Source of the DNA: Prochlorococcus sp. AG-355-B18
GTDB lineage: Bacteria; Cyanobacteriota; Cyanobacteriia; PCC-6307; Cyanobiaceae
Reading direction: 5' to 3'
DNA: 64,000 bases
Assembly (NCBI GenBank): GCA_003280965.1
Contig: QCDI01000004.1
Coordinates: 68,178-132,177, forward strand
Position numbers and translations under genes: made by a program. Shown piece after piece: positions 24,798-38,596 of this stretch. Positions within the stretch are counted from its first letter, which is position 1, and each line of letters starts with the position of its first letter. The notes beneath the pieces were generated by a model. The model did no database searches, had not been told where the DNA came from, and saw only the letters and a program-made list of their open reading frames with translations.

Positions 24798-25775
24798 TTA
24801 TTTTTTCCACCAACCAGCTAATACAGATAAAACATCTTCTGCACCAATAATTCCCACGAATCCTCCAAATTCATCTACTACTACTTTCACTCCTTTATGA
24901 TTCTTGTCAAATCTTGTTAATAATTGATCCGCCCTAATCATTTCAGGAATGTATTCCACAGGTTCGCAAATTTCTGATAATAATTTTTTATTTCCCCCCT
25001 TAATTAATTCTGATAGTATATTTTCACGCTTGACTATGCCATGAATTTTATCAACTTTATCACCTAAAATAACCCACCATTGTGAATTATCTGACATTAT
25101 TAGTTTTGAAATTTCTTCAAGATTTGAAGACCCATCAAGACAAGGTGCCGATACCCTGGGGATCATTAAATCTTTAGCTTTTAAATCATTTAATTGAAAA
25201 ACCTTAAATATCATTGCTGCTTCATCGGCTTCTATTAAACCTTTCTGACTCCCAATTTTTGCCATTTGTCTAATTTCCTCTTCATCAGTTGAAATTTCAT
25301 TTTCTGCAGTAATAACTGGAAATATTTGTTCGATTAGTATTAAGAATGGCCTCATTAAACTATTTAATATTCTCAGTATGGGAACGGATAATAATGCTAT
25401 TTGTACTGAAAATCTTGTTCCAAGAGCTTTTGGCAGTACTTCTCCAACTAATACAACTAATATATAAAAAGCAATCGAAAACAGAGTTAAGCCATAACTA
25501 TTATTAATTACTAATGCTCCATATACCCCCAAAATAAGGCTTCCAATTATGTTAAATCCATTATTAGTAATTGTAATGACAGTTAATGTTCTCCCAAGAT
25601 GTTTCCTAAGTTTAAGAAGTTGATTGGCAGTACTTTTTGGCTTTTGTTTTGAGGCTATTTCTAAAATTCTAATTGAATTTACAGCTAAAAAAGCTGCTTC
25701 TACTCCCGAACAACATGCTGACCCAATTAAAATAAGAATAATAAGAAAAACTAAACCGTAAACACTTGGTTCCAT
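24798..25775 (-). CDS. CNNM/DUF21 + CBS domain protein (HlyC/CorC family)
   Basis: SGVEAAF, GEVLPK, MIPR and VVVDEFGGFVGII motifs. Confidence 0.9.
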   Translation of the reverse strand: MEPSVYGLVFLIILILIGSACCSGVEAAFLAVNSIRILEIASKQKPKSTANQLLKLRKHLGRTLTVITITNNGFNIIGSLILGVYGALVINNSYGLTLFSIAFYILVVLVGEVLPKALGTRFSVQIALLSVPILRILNSLMRPFLILIEQIFPVITAENEISTDEEEIRQMAKIGSQKGLIEADEAAMIFKVFQLNDLKAKDLMIPRVSAPCLDGSSNLEEISKLIMSDNSQWWVILGDKVDKIHGIVKRENILSELIKGGNKKLLSEICEPVEYIPEMIRADQLLTRFDKNHKGVKVVVDEFGGFVGIIGAEDVLSVLAGWWKK

Positions 25776-25849
25776 TAAAATAGATAAAATATTAAATCTG
25801 TTTTAATTCATTCTTCCATTTTTTTTTAAAACACGCCAATACACAATTT

Positions 25850-27175
25850 ATGTTTAAAACTAATAATAAGGTTTTTGAAGAAAGAAGAGAAATTTTCCTA
25901 GACAAGTTAGATGGAAAAGCTGCTATTATTCCTGGAGCTAAGCTTGTAAAGCATCATGCAGATTGCGAGTATCCTTTTAGGCAAGATAGTAATTTTTGGT
26001 ATTTGACAGGTTTTGATGAGCCTGATGCAATTGCTCTTTTTTTATCTCATAAGCCAAAGGGAGAGAGATTTATTTTGTTTGTTGCTCCTAAAGATGTTAT
26101 TAGTGAAGTTTGGCAAGGCTTTAGATGGGGTTTAGAAGGTGCTGAAAAAGAGTTTAAGGCTGATAAGGCTCATTCAATAAATGAAATTAGGGATTTGCTT
26201 CCTGGTTATCTAAATGGCGCTGACGAACTTGTTTTTTCGATTGGTAAGCATCCATCTATCGAGAAAATTGTACTCGAGATATTTACGCAACAACTAGAAA
26301 ATCGCTCAAGATTAGGGATTGGTGCTAATTCTATTAAATCCCCAGAAATTTATTTAAATGAGATGAGAATAATTAAAAGTGAATTTGAAATTAAGAGAAT
26401 GAGAGAGGCTATACAAATTTCAGCAGAGGCTCATGAATTAGTTAGAGAATCTATTAAATCCAAGAACAATGAAAGACAGATTCAGGGTATTTTAGAGGGG
26501 TTCTTTTTGGAAAAAGGGGCAAGAGGACCTGCATATAATTCTATTGTAGCCTCAGGAGATAATGCATGCATTTTGCACTACACTTCAAATAACTCGCCAT
26601 TGAATAAAGGGGAGTTATTATTGGTAGATGCTGGCTGTTCATTAACTGATTATTACAATGGAGACATAACCCGAACTATCCCAATAGGAGGGAAATTTTC
26701 TGATGAGCAAAAAGTTATCTATGAAATTGTATTGAGTGCTCAGAAAACTGCTATTCAAAGTGCCATCATTGGATCCAATTCTAGTACTGTGCATAATGTA
26801 GCTTTGACAATTCTTGTTGAGGGATTAAAAGAAATTGGTTTATTGTCTGGCAGTACTGAAGAAATAATTGAAAACCAATCCTATAAACATCTTTACATGC
26901 ATAGAACAGGGCATTGGCTTGGCTTAGATGTTCATGATGTTGGGGCATATAGAATGGGAGATTATGAAGTACCATTAAAAAATGGAATGATTCTTACTGT
27001 AGAACCTGGCATTTATATAAGTGATAGGATCCCAGTACCTGCAGGACAACCTCACATTGATGAAAAATGGAAAGGCATTGGAATAAGAATTGAGGACGAT
27101 GTTCTAGTTAAAGATACAAATCCAGAAATCCTGAGTATTGCTGCACTTAAAGAAATTTCCGATTTAGAATTTTAA
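25850..27175 (+). CDS. pepP: Xaa-Pro aminopeptidase
   Basis: FRQDSNFWYLTG, DITRT, HWLGLDVHD, TVEPG and GIRIEDD motifs. Confidence 0.95.
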   Translation: MFKTNNKVFEERREIFLDKLDGKAAIIPGAKLVKHHADCEYPFRQDSNFWYLTGFDEPDAIALFLSHKPKGERFILFVAPKDVISEVWQGFRWGLEGAEKEFKADKAHSINEIRDLLPGYLNGADELVFSIGKHPSIEKIVLEIFTQQLENRSRLGIGANSIKSPEIYLNEMRIIKSEFEIKRMREAIQISAEAHELVRESIKSKNNERQIQGILEGFFLEKGARGPAYNSIVASGDNACILHYTSNNSPLNKGELLLVDAGCSLTDYYNGDITRTIPIGGKFSDEQKVIYEIVLSAQKTAIQSAIIGSNSSTVHNVALTILVEGLKEIGLLSGSTEEIIENQSYKHLYMHRTGHWLGLDVHDVGAYRMGDYEVPLKNGMILTVEPGIYISDRIPVPAGQPHIDEKWKGIGIRIEDDVLVKDTNPEILSIAALKEISDLEF

Positions 27176-27229
27176 AATTTGACTTATCTAGTTAATAGAT
27201 TTATTTTTTATAAAGCTTAAATTTCAAAA

Positions 27230-27388
27230 ATGGTTAAATCAAATTCATATGATACGAAACTTTCTCAAGCAAGGGGTTTGGCTAGTCAACTTGGAATGTT
27301 TGCAGAAGAGAACGATATCCCTAAGGATCTATGGGATTCATTGGAAGCTACAATTTATGATTTTTATCAAGTTTCACATGACAGATAA
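27230..27388 (+). CDS. Small hypothetical protein (52 aa)
   Basis: Read manually: MVKSNSYDTKLSQARGLASQLGMFAEENDIPKDLWDSLEATIYDFYQVSHDR; coding-like composition in an AT-rich gap. Confidence 0.7.
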   Translation: MVKSNSYDTKLSQARGLASQLGMFAEENDIPKDLWDSLEATIYDFYQVSHDR

Positions 27389-27493
27389 AATTCGATTTAG
27401 AAACTATCAATAAATAAAATCAAGAAATTTTTGATAAATTAATCAAAATGTGACCATAAACTGATAAATTATTACTTAAACATATATAAGTGA

Positions 27494-27961
27494 ATGACCT
27501 CATCAGATAAGTTAAATCAAAATTCAATAGAAAAAAAAAGTGGTCACCCTAAATCTAAAAATTCCTCTCCTAATACAGGAATGATGGGTGCTACAGCTGT
27601 ATTAGCTGCTGCCACAATTGATGAAGATGGAGTCCCCACTGGTTATACCCCTAAGCCAGATGAAGGAAGGTTCATAATTAAAGTATTGTGGTTACCCGAT
27701 AATGTAGCTTTAGCTGTTGATCAAATAGTAGGGGGAGGACCAAGCCCACTTACTGCTTATTATTTTTGGCCAAGAGATGATGCATGGGAAAAATTAAAAA
27801 GCGAACTAGAGAATAAAGGTTGGATTACAGATAACGAACGAGTTGAAATATTGAATAAAGCTACAGAAGTAATTAATTATTGGCAAGAAGAGGGTAAAAC
27901 AAAGAAATTAGAAGAAGCCAAGTTAAAGTTTCCTGAAGTAACTTTTTGTGGAACTGCTTAA
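27494..27961 (+). CDS. ycf65: Ribosomal protein PSRP-3/Ycf65
   Basis: [30 protein letters not shown] and INYWQE motifs; true start may be downstream. Confidence 0.92.
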   Translation: MTSSDKLNQNSIEKKSGHPKSKNSSPNTGMMGATAVLAAATIDEDGVPTGYTPKPDEGRFIIKVLWLPDNVALAVDQIVGGGPSPLTAYYFWPRDDAWEKLKSELENKGWITDNERVEILNKATEVINYWQEEGKTKKLEEAKLKFPEVTFCGTA

Positions 27962-27964
27962 AAA

Positions 27965-28369
27965 TTAGTTTTTTGCAGCTTGAATCCTTGCCTCAGCTTT
28001 TGAAATTTCTTTTAAAGCTTTAATTTTCTCTGGATTTTTTTCATTTTCAGAAAATTTACTTATTGCTAGTTTTGCTTCTTTGAGATCTTGTTCAGCATTT
28101 TGTACATTAATTTCAGATCCAATTTCTGCATTGTTTACTAAAACTATTACCTCATCTGATTCAATTTCGGCAAAGCCCCCCATTAAAGCTATTGATTGCC
28201 ATTGAGAATTCATTCTTAACCTTAAAACGCCTATATCAATAGCCGTAACTAAAGAAATATGTCCTGGAAGCACACCCAGTTGTCCAGTTGTGCTGGGAAG
28301 AATTACTTCTTCAGCTTCGCCTTGATAAACATTTTTATTAGGAGCTAAAACTTTTAGAGAAATTGCCAT
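27965..28369 (-). CDS. atpC: ATP synthase F1 epsilon subunit
   Basis: [14 protein letters not shown] and GGFAEI motifs; start moved to ATG 28369. Confidence 0.97.
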   Translation of the reverse strand: MAISLKVLAPNKNVYQGEAEEVILPSTTGQLGVLPGHISLVTAIDIGVLRLRMNSQWQSIALMGGFAEIESDEVIVLVNNAEIGSEINVQNAEQDLKEAKLAISKFSENEKNPEKIKALKEISKAEARIQAAKN

Positions 28370-28409
28370 TAATTTAATTTTATTGAAGGATTTATATATA
28401 TTTTGGTAT

Positions 28410-29924
<1,515 letters not shown>

Positions 29925-29955
29925 CTACCATCTCATGGGTAGATTCGTTAAATGG

Positions 29956-29971
29956 GTTCGGCCACCCGCAC
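29956..29971 (+). promoter_or_regulatory. K-box upstream of groESL
   Basis: GTTCGG-CCAC-CCGCAC matches the cyanobacterial K-box consensus GTTCGG-NNAN-CCNNAC. Confidence 0.7.
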
Positions 29972-30088
29972 AGTTAAAGTATGGTTTAATGGCCGCTTCG
30001 CAGATTATGTTGTTGAACATACGGATCGAGAGTTTCTCTTTCCATTTTTATGACGCAAAGCGTCTCAATCATGATTCTCCATTAATCT

Positions 30089-30400
30089 ATGGCAGCTGTT
30101 TCACTTACAGTCTCTACAGTAAAACCACTGGGAGATAGAATATTTATTAAAGTTTCCGCATCTGAGGAAAAAACTGCTGGGGGCATTCTTTTGCCTGATT
30201 CAGCTAAAGAAAAACCACAGGTAGGAGAGGTTGCCCAAGTAGGTCCTGGGAAGCTTAATGACGATGGTTCTCGTCAAACTCCAGAGGTGAGTATTGGCGA
30301 TAAAGTTTTGTACAGCAAATATGCTGGAACAGACATTAAATTGGGGGGAGATGAATATGTCTTGCTCTCTGAAAAAGATATTTTAGCTGTAGTTGGCTAA
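30089..30400 (+). CDS. groES: Co-chaperonin GroES
   Basis: [21 protein letters not shown] and YSKYAGT motifs. Confidence 0.99.
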
Positions 30401-30424
30401 AATATTTGTTTCAAAAATTATTAA

Positions 30425-32089
<1,665 letters not shown>

Positions 32090-32118
32090 CTAAAAAAATA
32101 GTTAATAAATATACATTC

Positions 32119-32152
32119 AAAAAGGGATTATCTTAGATAATCCCTTTTTTTT
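32119..32152. terminator. Bidirectional intrinsic terminator between groEL and secG
   Basis: AAAAAGGGATTATCT-T-AGATAATCCCTTTTTTTT inverted repeat with A and T tracts, between convergent genes. Confidence 0.85.
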
Positions 32153-32156
32153 ACCC

Positions 32157-32384
32157 CTACGATATCCAGCCAGCGCTGAGAATTATTGCTAGTGAAAGAA
32201 ATATAACTAAAAAAGTCCAAGTTATTTTATTCAGAGATGCTTCTGCACTACTTGCACTATTAAACATTGAACTTCCACTTGCAGCAATCCCTCCCATTCC
32301 ATCACCTTTGGGGCTGTGAAGTAAAACTAAAAGTATTAAAAGTAATCCAGAAATTACCCATATCCAACTAAAAATTTGAATCAT
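32157..32384 (-). CDS. secG: Preprotein translocase SecG
   Basis: LLHSPKGDGMGG and LNKITW motifs; two transmembrane segments. Confidence 0.95.
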   Translation of the reverse strand: MIQIFSWIWVISGLLLILLVLLHSPKGDGMGGIAASGSSMFNSASSAEASLNKITWTFLVIFLSLAIILSAGWIS

Positions 32385-32405
32385 TCTTATGGCCCTTTAT
32401 TAATT

Positions 32406-34028
32406 TTAAACGTGTTGCACGACTTTATTATAACCTTTTAATTCGATTTCTTTAATAAGAGATTTTCCTGTCATTTCTTTTGGAATGGGTAGATTTAATA
32501 ATTGCAATAAAGTTGGAGCAATGTCTGCCAATCCAGCATTATCCCTCAAATAGATTTCATTCCCCATATTTGGGATTTTTCTTTTTTCACCCTCAATGAA
32601 AATCAATGGAACTTTATTTACGGTATGAGCAGTCCATGGTTCTCCTGCAGGACCTTTCATTACCTCTGCATTTCCATGATCTGCTGTTATGAGAATGCTT
32701 CCGCCCATTTCTCCAGTAGCATTAACTATTTGACCGATACATTTATCTACTGTTTCTATAGCTTTAATAGTCGCATCCATATTGCCTGTATGGCCCACCA
32801 TATCAGGATTAGCAAAATTGATTACAACAAAAGCATAGTTTCCACTTTTGATTGCTTTAGCACAACTAATAGTTAATTCTTCCGCAGACATTTCAGGTTC
32901 CATATCGTAAGTTGCAACTCTTGGAGATGGAACTAAATGCCTCTCTTCTCCAGGTAAAGGAATTTCAACTCCTCCATTAAAAAAATATGTTACATGAGGA
33001 TATTTTTCTGTTTCAGCTGTTCTGTATTGCTTGAGTCCGTTTTCTGAAACTATTTGACCGATAAAATTATTTAGAGATTCAGGAGGAAATGCAACTTTAA
33101 CTGGGAAGTTTGGGTCATATTGTGTGAAAGTAACTAATTCTAGATCTGGAAAAACTTTTCTTTCAAACTCTGAGAATTCTTTATCTGAGAGGGATTTTAT
33201 TATTTGTCTAGCTCTGTCAGGACGAAAGTTAAAGCAAATCATACTATCTCCATCTTTTAGATAGTTATCAGATAATCGAATGGGCTTTATAAATTCGTCA
33301 GTTATATTTTGATCGTAACTTTTTTGAATATAATCTTGCGGGGATATATTAGTTATTTTAATGTCTTTATCTGTCAAATTGACATAAGCTTTTTCGGTTC
33401 TATCCCATAAAAGATTTCTATCCATTATCCAGTATCTTCCGCATATAGAGGCAATTTCGCCTGTATTATATTTTTTTATGCAAGACTCTATCTGATTTAG
33501 ATATTTAGTTGCACTTTTTGCGGGAGTATCTCTCCCATCTGTAATTATATGAATTGCAACTTTTTTGATGCTATTCTCAGATGCCCATTTTATTAACCCT
33601 AATAAATGATCAATATGACTATGTACTCCTCCATCAGAACATAATCCAGTGATATGCAAAGTAGAATTGTTCTTCTTTAATGAATCAGCGATCTCCTTTA
33701 ATTCATTAACCAAGCCTAATTTATTCTTTCTTACAATATTTGAAATTCTTACAAGTTCTTGTTGGATTATTCTTCCAGAACCAATGGTAAGGTGACCAAC
33801 CTCAGAATTACCCATTTGACCATCTGGGAGACCTACATCAGAACCACTAGCACTTATAAGAGTATTAGGATATGCATGCCATAATGAATCCATAACTGGT
33901 GTAGAGGCACTTTTTATAGCATTGTCAGATATATCTTCTCGATATCCCCATCCATCTAGAATTGCAAGAACTACAGGGCTCTGAGGAACATTTAATCTGT
34001 TTATATTTTTGCTGCTAATCTTTGACAT
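32406..34028 (-). CDS. gpmI: 2,3-bisphosphoglycerate-independent phosphoglycerate mutase
   Basis: [23 protein letters not shown] and TADHGN motifs. Confidence 0.98.
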   Translation of the reverse strand: MSKISSKNINRLNVPQSPVVLAILDGWGYREDISDNAIKSASTPVMDSLWHAYPNTLISASGSDVGLPDGQMGNSEVGHLTIGSGRIIQQELVRISNIVRKNKLGLVNELKEIADSLKKNNSTLHITGLCSDGGVHSHIDHLLGLIKWASENSIKKVAIHIITDGRDTPAKSATKYLNQIESCIKKYNTGEIASICGRYWIMDRNLLWDRTEKAYVNLTDKDIKITNISPQDYIQKSYDQNITDEFIKPIRLSDNYLKDGDSMICFNFRPDRARQIIKSLSDKEFSEFERKVFPDLELVTFTQYDPNFPVKVAFPPESLNNFIGQIVSENGLKQYRTAETEKYPHVTYFFNGGVEIPLPGEERHLVPSPRVATYDMEPEMSAEELTISCAKAIKSGNYAFVVINFANPDMVGHTGNMDATIKAIETVDKCIGQIVNATGEMGGSILITADHGNAEVMKGPAGEPWTAHTVNKVPLIFIEGEKRKIPNMGNEIYLRDNAGLADIAPTLLQLLNLPIPKEMTGKSLIKEIELKGYNKVVQHV

Positions 34029-34164
34029 ATTTAGATCAAATTAGTTTTTAAGTGATCCAACCTTAAATTTAGCTTCAAACGCTACTCTTTAACAATTTAT
34101 ATTTAATATAGTTAGCTTTTGCTAATTTATGAAAATATCGAACGAATTATTTTATTGATAAATC

Positions 34165-34701
34165 ATGTCCAACAAAAAAAAAAGGATCGTAATACTTACT
34201 GAAAATGAGCTTAGAAAAACCCTTTCACGTTTAACTTCAGAAATTATTGAAAAAGTACAAAACTTAGACAACCTTCTTTTGGTTGGTATTCCTACTAGAG
34301 GAGTTGATCTTGCCGAAGTTCTAGAAACAGAATTATTTTGTAAGACAGGTGTAAAAATAAGAAGAGGAGTAATTGATCCAACTTTTTATAGAGATGATCA
34401 AAATAGAGTTGGAACTCGATTAATAAAAGCAACTGATATTCCAACACCAATTGAGAAACAAGAAATTCTCTTGATAGATGATGTTATTTATACTGGAAGA
34501 ACAATTAGAGCTGCAATGGATGCTCTATGTTCTTGGGGCAGACCTAAGAGAGTGATGTTATTAGTAATGGTAGATAGAGGTCACAGAGAATTGCCTATTC
34601 AACCAGATTTTTATGGTAAAAGAGTTCCAACTAGTAAAAATGAAAGTATTAGTTTACGTTTAAATAATATTGATAATGAAGAAGGAGTTTTTCTTGAGTA
34701 G
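34165..34701 (+). CDS. pyrR: PyrR bifunctional regulator / uracil phosphoribosyltransferase
   Basis: GIPTRG, FYRDD, IDDVIYTGRT and DRGHRELPI motifs. Confidence 0.95.
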   Translation: MSNKKKRIVILTENELRKTLSRLTSEIIEKVQNLDNLLLVGIPTRGVDLAEVLETELFCKTGVKIRRGVIDPTFYRDDQNRVGTRLIKATDIPTPIEKQEILLIDDVIYTGRTIRAAMDALCSWGRPKRVMLLVMVDRGHRELPIQPDFYGKRVPTSKNESISLRLNNIDNEEGVFLE

Positions 34702-34708
34702 CTTTATT

Positions 34709-36298
34709 TCAGAAGATATTGCCTAAATTATATTCTCCTAAAAATTTATCTTTAATATCGAAATACTTTACTAATAAATCAGCTTTTTCATTGATTTTGA
34801 AGAAAAGTGTCAAGTTGTCCTCTCCAATATTAGATTTATTTTCTAAGACGATTTTGAATGGTTTTTTGTCCCATTTGATAATTTCTTCTTCATTTTGAAC
34901 TTCTGATAATTTTGGTAATCCATTTTCAAAAATCACATCATATTCTCTTTCTTTTTTTGTTTCTCCAATGATTATTTCAAATATTTTCTGATTATCTTTA
35001 CTGGCTTGAAGGATTAGTTTTAGAGGGTTTTCAGTTGGCCATGTTTGACCTTTGTAGAAAATTGGATGCCAGAAGTGCTTTTGTTCTCTTCTATTAAACA
35101 ATCTTATAGATAATCCTTTGTTTAATATGTCTTTAATTTTTACGCCTGGAGTCATTGCTAAAGCTCCTAAAGCAATTGATTCAATAGGAGGAGGTGACTT
35201 TATTTGAATTTTTGAAATCTTTTTTGTTATCCATTCTTTAATTAATGGTATTTGAGTTCCCCCTCCAACCAAGATAATTGCACTTAAGTCATCTACTGTA
35301 CAAAATTTACCTCTTGCTTCATTTAATAAATCTTTAAGTAGGGAGTTAAGGTGATTAAGTAGATTATTCTCAACAATAATTTTCTCAAACATTTCTTTGC
35401 TTAGGTAAAAATCTTTTTCTTGATAATCTTCAGTTAACAATTTTATTGGAAATTTATTTTCATAATTTATTTGAGGCAAGCTTAGTTTACATTTTATTTC
35501 TTCAGCCTTTTGAAGATTTATCGCATATTTATTATTTGGAATAAAATTATCAAGTATCCATTGATCAATATCTTTACCACCAATTTTTGAGCCTGTTTTA
35601 CTTATAATTTCAGCACATCTTACTTTTTGTTTCGAAATTGAGCTAACATCATTGCCCCCAAATTTTAATAATTCAGCTATCGGTCCAGATTTTCCTTCTC
35701 CTCCTTCAATTTTGACTATATTCATATCGATTGTGCTTCCTCCAATATCCAATGTCATTATTTTGGAACCAAATGGTAAATTAATTCCTAAACTTGCCGC
35801 AGTTGGCTCATCAACTAGTGCTATTTCATCAACAGATATATCTCCACAAAGGTTTACTAACCATTCTCTATACCCTTTGTACGTATCAATAGGAGCAGTT
35901 AAAACAAGCCTCTTGATTTCATATTTTTGAGGAATGTTCGCCCACAAAAATTTAAAAAATTTTTTACCACATTCAGCAGGATTTAAGATTTTTGTTTGGT
36001 TAATTTTTTCATTAGGATTTCCAATTAATCTTTTAAAATTTGAATGATAAAATAAGTCTGAATTAGAGTTATCTCTCATCTTTATTGCACTAATACCAAT
36101 TTTCAACGTTTTTGAGGGCTCTTCGCACCAAACTGCTGTAGGTATAACTCCTGGAGATGATGTAATATTTGGTATCTCAACTAAAACAGAATTTATATCT
36201 TTTTCATCTTGAAAAGCTATTACAGTATTAGTATTTCCTAAATCTATAGCAAGTGTTCCAGATAAAATTTTTTCCATATGAAATGTTTTATGAATCAA
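34709..36298 (-). CDS. Hsp70/DnaK-like protein (atypical)
   Basis: AIDLGNTNT, DEPTAA, DIGGSTID and LVGGGTQIP motifs; start may be 36277. Confidence 0.88.
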   Translation of the reverse strand: MIHKTFHMEKILSGTLAIDLGNTNTVIAFQDEKDINSVLVEIPNITSSPGVIPTAVWCEEPSKTLKIGISAIKMRDNSNSDLFYHSNFKRLIGNPNEKINQTKILNPAECGKKFFKFLWANIPQKYEIKRLVLTAPIDTYKGYREWLVNLCGDISVDEIALVDEPTAASLGINLPFGSKIMTLDIGGSTIDMNIVKIEGGEGKSGPIAELLKFGGNDVSSISKQKVRCAEIISKTGSKIGGKDIDQWILDNFIPNNKYAINLQKAEEIKCKLSLPQINYENKFPIKLLTEDYQEKDFYLSKEMFEKIIVENNLLNHLNSLLKDLLNEARGKFCTVDDLSAIILVGGGTQIPLIKEWITKKISKIQIKSPPPIESIALGALAMTPGVKIKDILNKGLSIRLFNRREQKHFWHPIFYKGQTWPTENPLKLILQASKDNQKIFEIIIGETKKEREYDVIFENGLPKLSEVQNEEEIIKWDKKPFKIVLENKSNIGEDNLTLFFKINEKADLLVKYFDIKDKFLGEYNLGNIF

Positions 36299-36372
36299 TT
36301 AAGTTCGTTTTGTAATTTATGTTTTGAATCTGTCCAATAAATTGTAAAATATATATGATAATAAAAAATTTA

Positions 36373-36609
36373 ATGAACGTATCAAATAACGCTGGAATCG
36401 ATTCAAATGATCTTGCCAAAAGAGGCGAAAGCTTAATAAGGCAATCAACTAATAGATACTTAACTACAGTTAGAATTGCTTTTAGAGCAAAACAAAGACG
36501 TTTTGATGATTTTGATGGACTTCTAGAGGAATCAACTGTTAAACCTGTTCAAAGATCAATTATTGAACTAAGCGATGAACAAGACCAACCAGATTTACTC
36601 CCTGGTTAG
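36373..36609 (+). CDS. rpoZ: RNA polymerase omega subunit (Ycf61)
   Basis: [17 protein letters not shown] and [13 protein letters not shown] motifs. Confidence 0.92.
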   Translation: MNVSNNAGIDSNDLAKRGESLIRQSTNRYLTTVRIAFRAKQRRFDDFDGLLEESTVKPVQRSIIELSDEQDQPDLLPG

Positions 36610-36611
36610 TT

Positions 36612-36983
36612 TTGTTAGAAGACAAAAAACGATGGAGATTACGTAGAGATTTTAAAAAAGGTAAATTTTGTTTTTTGATAGGAATTGATAATTGGTCAAT
36701 TGAGCTCCAAAAAAGTGAGTTTGAATCGCTTTATTTTCTACTTTTAAAAATAAATGCACAACTTTTAGGTATTAAGAACGAATTAATGGCTGAAGAGTCT
36801 ATTACTTTAGTGTTAGAACAATTACCTTGGTTTATTGAGTTAGAAGGGAAAAAGAATGAATGGAGCTTAAGGTTTGTTTTTGAAAGTCAAGACGAAACAA
36901 GATCCTTCGAAATGTATTGGCCGATACCAATAGCACAAAATTTATTTTATGAAATAAAAAACATGTGGGAATCAATGGAATAA
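36612..36983 (+). CDS. DUF1818-like cyanobacterial protein
   Basis: WRL...FLIG..NWSIEL...EF...WSLR pattern; follows rpoZ. Confidence 0.7.
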   Translation: MLEDKKRWRLRRDFKKGKFCFLIGIDNWSIELQKSEFESLYFLLLKINAQLLGIKNELMAEESITLVLEQLPWFIELEGKKNEWSLRFVFESQDETRSFEMYWPIPIAQNLFYEIKNMWESME

Positions 36984-37035
36984 AAGATAAATAAAATTGG
37001 AAATTTTGCAAAATATTTCCCCGCGCCCAAAAAAT

Positions 37036-37099
37036 TTTTTCACAACTTTTCCACAACTATTTAAAAAAAAATATCTAATGACCTAATGTATGTGGAAAA
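37036..37099. promoter_or_regulatory. Cluster of cyanobacterial-type DnaA boxes
   Basis: TTTTTCACA (37036-44), TTTTCCACA (37047-55) and inverted TGTGGAAAA (37091-99). Confidence 0.55.
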
Positions 37100-37294
37100 C
37101 TTCTAATTTTATAAAATTCTTTATATTTCAGAGATATTTATTATTCAAAAATTAATTTCTATGAACTCCCCTTTTATGACTAGATTCTTACGATTCTATC
37201 GCCTGAGACTATTTTATATTGATACTTGTTGACGAATTTTTATTTTTGAAGAAAACTAGAATTTGTAAGTTTAAATTCCATTAAATTGATCAAT

Positions 37295-37546
37295 ATGCAC
37301 GAGTTAAATTACGATTCAAATGCAACAGTTTTCAACAAGAATGATGAAGTAATTAGTTTTAAATGTGAACTACAAGAAAATCTTCAAAAGGCTATGAAAA
37401 AATTTGTTGAGGAACATCCTAATTGGGATCAATACAGGATCCTCCAAGCTGCTATTGCAGGATTTTTAATTCAAAAAGGATTTCAAAATAGAGATTTAAC
37501 AAGACTCTATGTTGGAAATATGTTTTCAATGAATTTTGAGGACTAA
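37295..37546 (+). CDS. DUF2811-family protein
   Basis: MKKFVEEHPNWDQYRILQAAIAGFLIQKG motif. Confidence 0.85.
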   Translation: MHELNYDSNATVFNKNDEVISFKCELQENLQKAMKKFVEEHPNWDQYRILQAAIAGFLIQKGFQNRDLTRLYVGNMFSMNFED

Positions 37547-37555
37547 AAAAATTTT

Positions 37556-38014
37556 TTATATTTTTTCTAATAGTATTTTTGCTATATCATCACGTACCGG
37601 TAAAATTGATAACCTATTTCCTTTTTTTACAACTAATAAATCATCTTCACTGAATAAAATTTTTAACTCAGTTAAACTTAAAATTTTATTTGACTTAGAT
37701 ATGAACTTTACTTTTACACAATCCCATCTAGGATTTTCAGGTTTAGATTTTGGATCATAATACTTTGAATCTTTATCAAATTGCGTAGGATCAACAATAT
37801 TTAGATCTGTAACCTCCATCAGTCCAACAATTCCTGGAGGCTTGCAGTTTGAATGATAGAAAAAAACTTTATCTCCAATATTCATTTTTCTCATGAAATT
37901 TCGAGCTTGATAATTTCTTATGCCGTCCCATAAAGTTACCTGATCATTTTTTAGAGTATCTATGCTGTAGGCATCAGGCTCACTTTTCATTAGCCAGTAA
38001 TTAATTTCAGTCAT
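37556..38014 (-). CDS. EVE-domain protein
   Basis: YWLMKSEP, WDGIRNYQARNFMR, FFYHS and NRLSILPV motifs. Confidence 0.95.
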   Translation of the reverse strand: MTEINYWLMKSEPDAYSIDTLKNDQVTLWDGIRNYQARNFMRKMNIGDKVFFYHSNCKPPGIVGLMEVTDLNIVDPTQFDKDSKYYDPKSKPENPRWDCVKVKFISKSNKILSLTELKILFSEDDLLVVKKGNRLSILPVRDDIAKILLEKI

Positions 38015-38039
38015 ATCAATTAGTTTAGAGAAAGTTACA

Positions 38040-38332
38040 AATCGTGAATGAATCGTGAATGAAATTAGATTTCCAGCCCTATTTGTTTAGAGCTTGCTTC
38101 TCAATTCTTTTTTCAATCTTATCGAAAAGTTATTCGAGAGGATATATATAGTTACAGATCGCTTGAGACAGAATTTTTTATTTTTTCTTGAATCTTGGTT
38201 AAAAAATAGAGCAAATCAAGAAAGCTAGTTATTGCAATGCTTTTCAGTGATTGATTTGTGCTTCTATTCACGATAGTTTGTAAATCTATTCACGATAACC
38301 CCAAAGAAGCTAGTCATAGATTGATTCACGAT
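38040..38332. repeat. Five copies of ATCGTGAAT/ATTCACGAT (2 forward, 3 inverted) at the island boundary
   Basis: AATCGTGAATG twice at 38040-38061; ATTCACGAT at 38266, 38288 and 38324. Confidence 0.85.
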
Positions 38333-38361
38333 ATGTCTCTATGGAACTAGGAGCCTGAAGC

Positions 38362-38589
38362 TTAAGCTGCTTCTGGAGCGAATATTCTGCTGTTCTCTTT
38401 CCAGTATCTGCAGCCCTTAATTAGATGATCACCTTGAGGAATAAGCTTTTGATGAAACGGACAGGTAAGGATGGTGACACAAGAACTTGTTGTGCTGTAC
38501 CTGAAGTGATTGCAAGTAATACAAATCCTCTGTCGTTTTCTTGTTAATGTCTCTCCCTCTAAATAGTCCCATTCCTGCCAGTCCTCCAT
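38362..38589 (-). CDS. Small Cys/His-rich putative metal-binding protein (75 aa)
   Basis: MEDWQEWDYL...CITCNHF...CPFHQKLIPQGDHLIKGCRYW; ATG at 38589. Confidence 0.75.
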   Translation of the reverse strand: MEDWQEWDYLEGETLTRKRQRICITCNHFRYSTTSSCVTILTCPFHQKLIPQGDHLIKGCRYWKENSRIFAPEAA

Positions 38590-38596
38590 AACAATA

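Noticed and set aside
37556..38014. EVE protein as part of a modification-dependent defence system
   Set aside because: Stand-alone EVE gene in core context with no adjacent nuclease.
38040..38332. Possible CRISPR or mini-array
   Set aside because: Repeats are only 9-13 bp, irregularly spaced and in both orientations; no cas genes are present.
38014..38400. tRNA or tmRNA integration target at the island edge
   Set aside because: No cloverleaf or T-loop (GTTCRAATC) signature found by eye.
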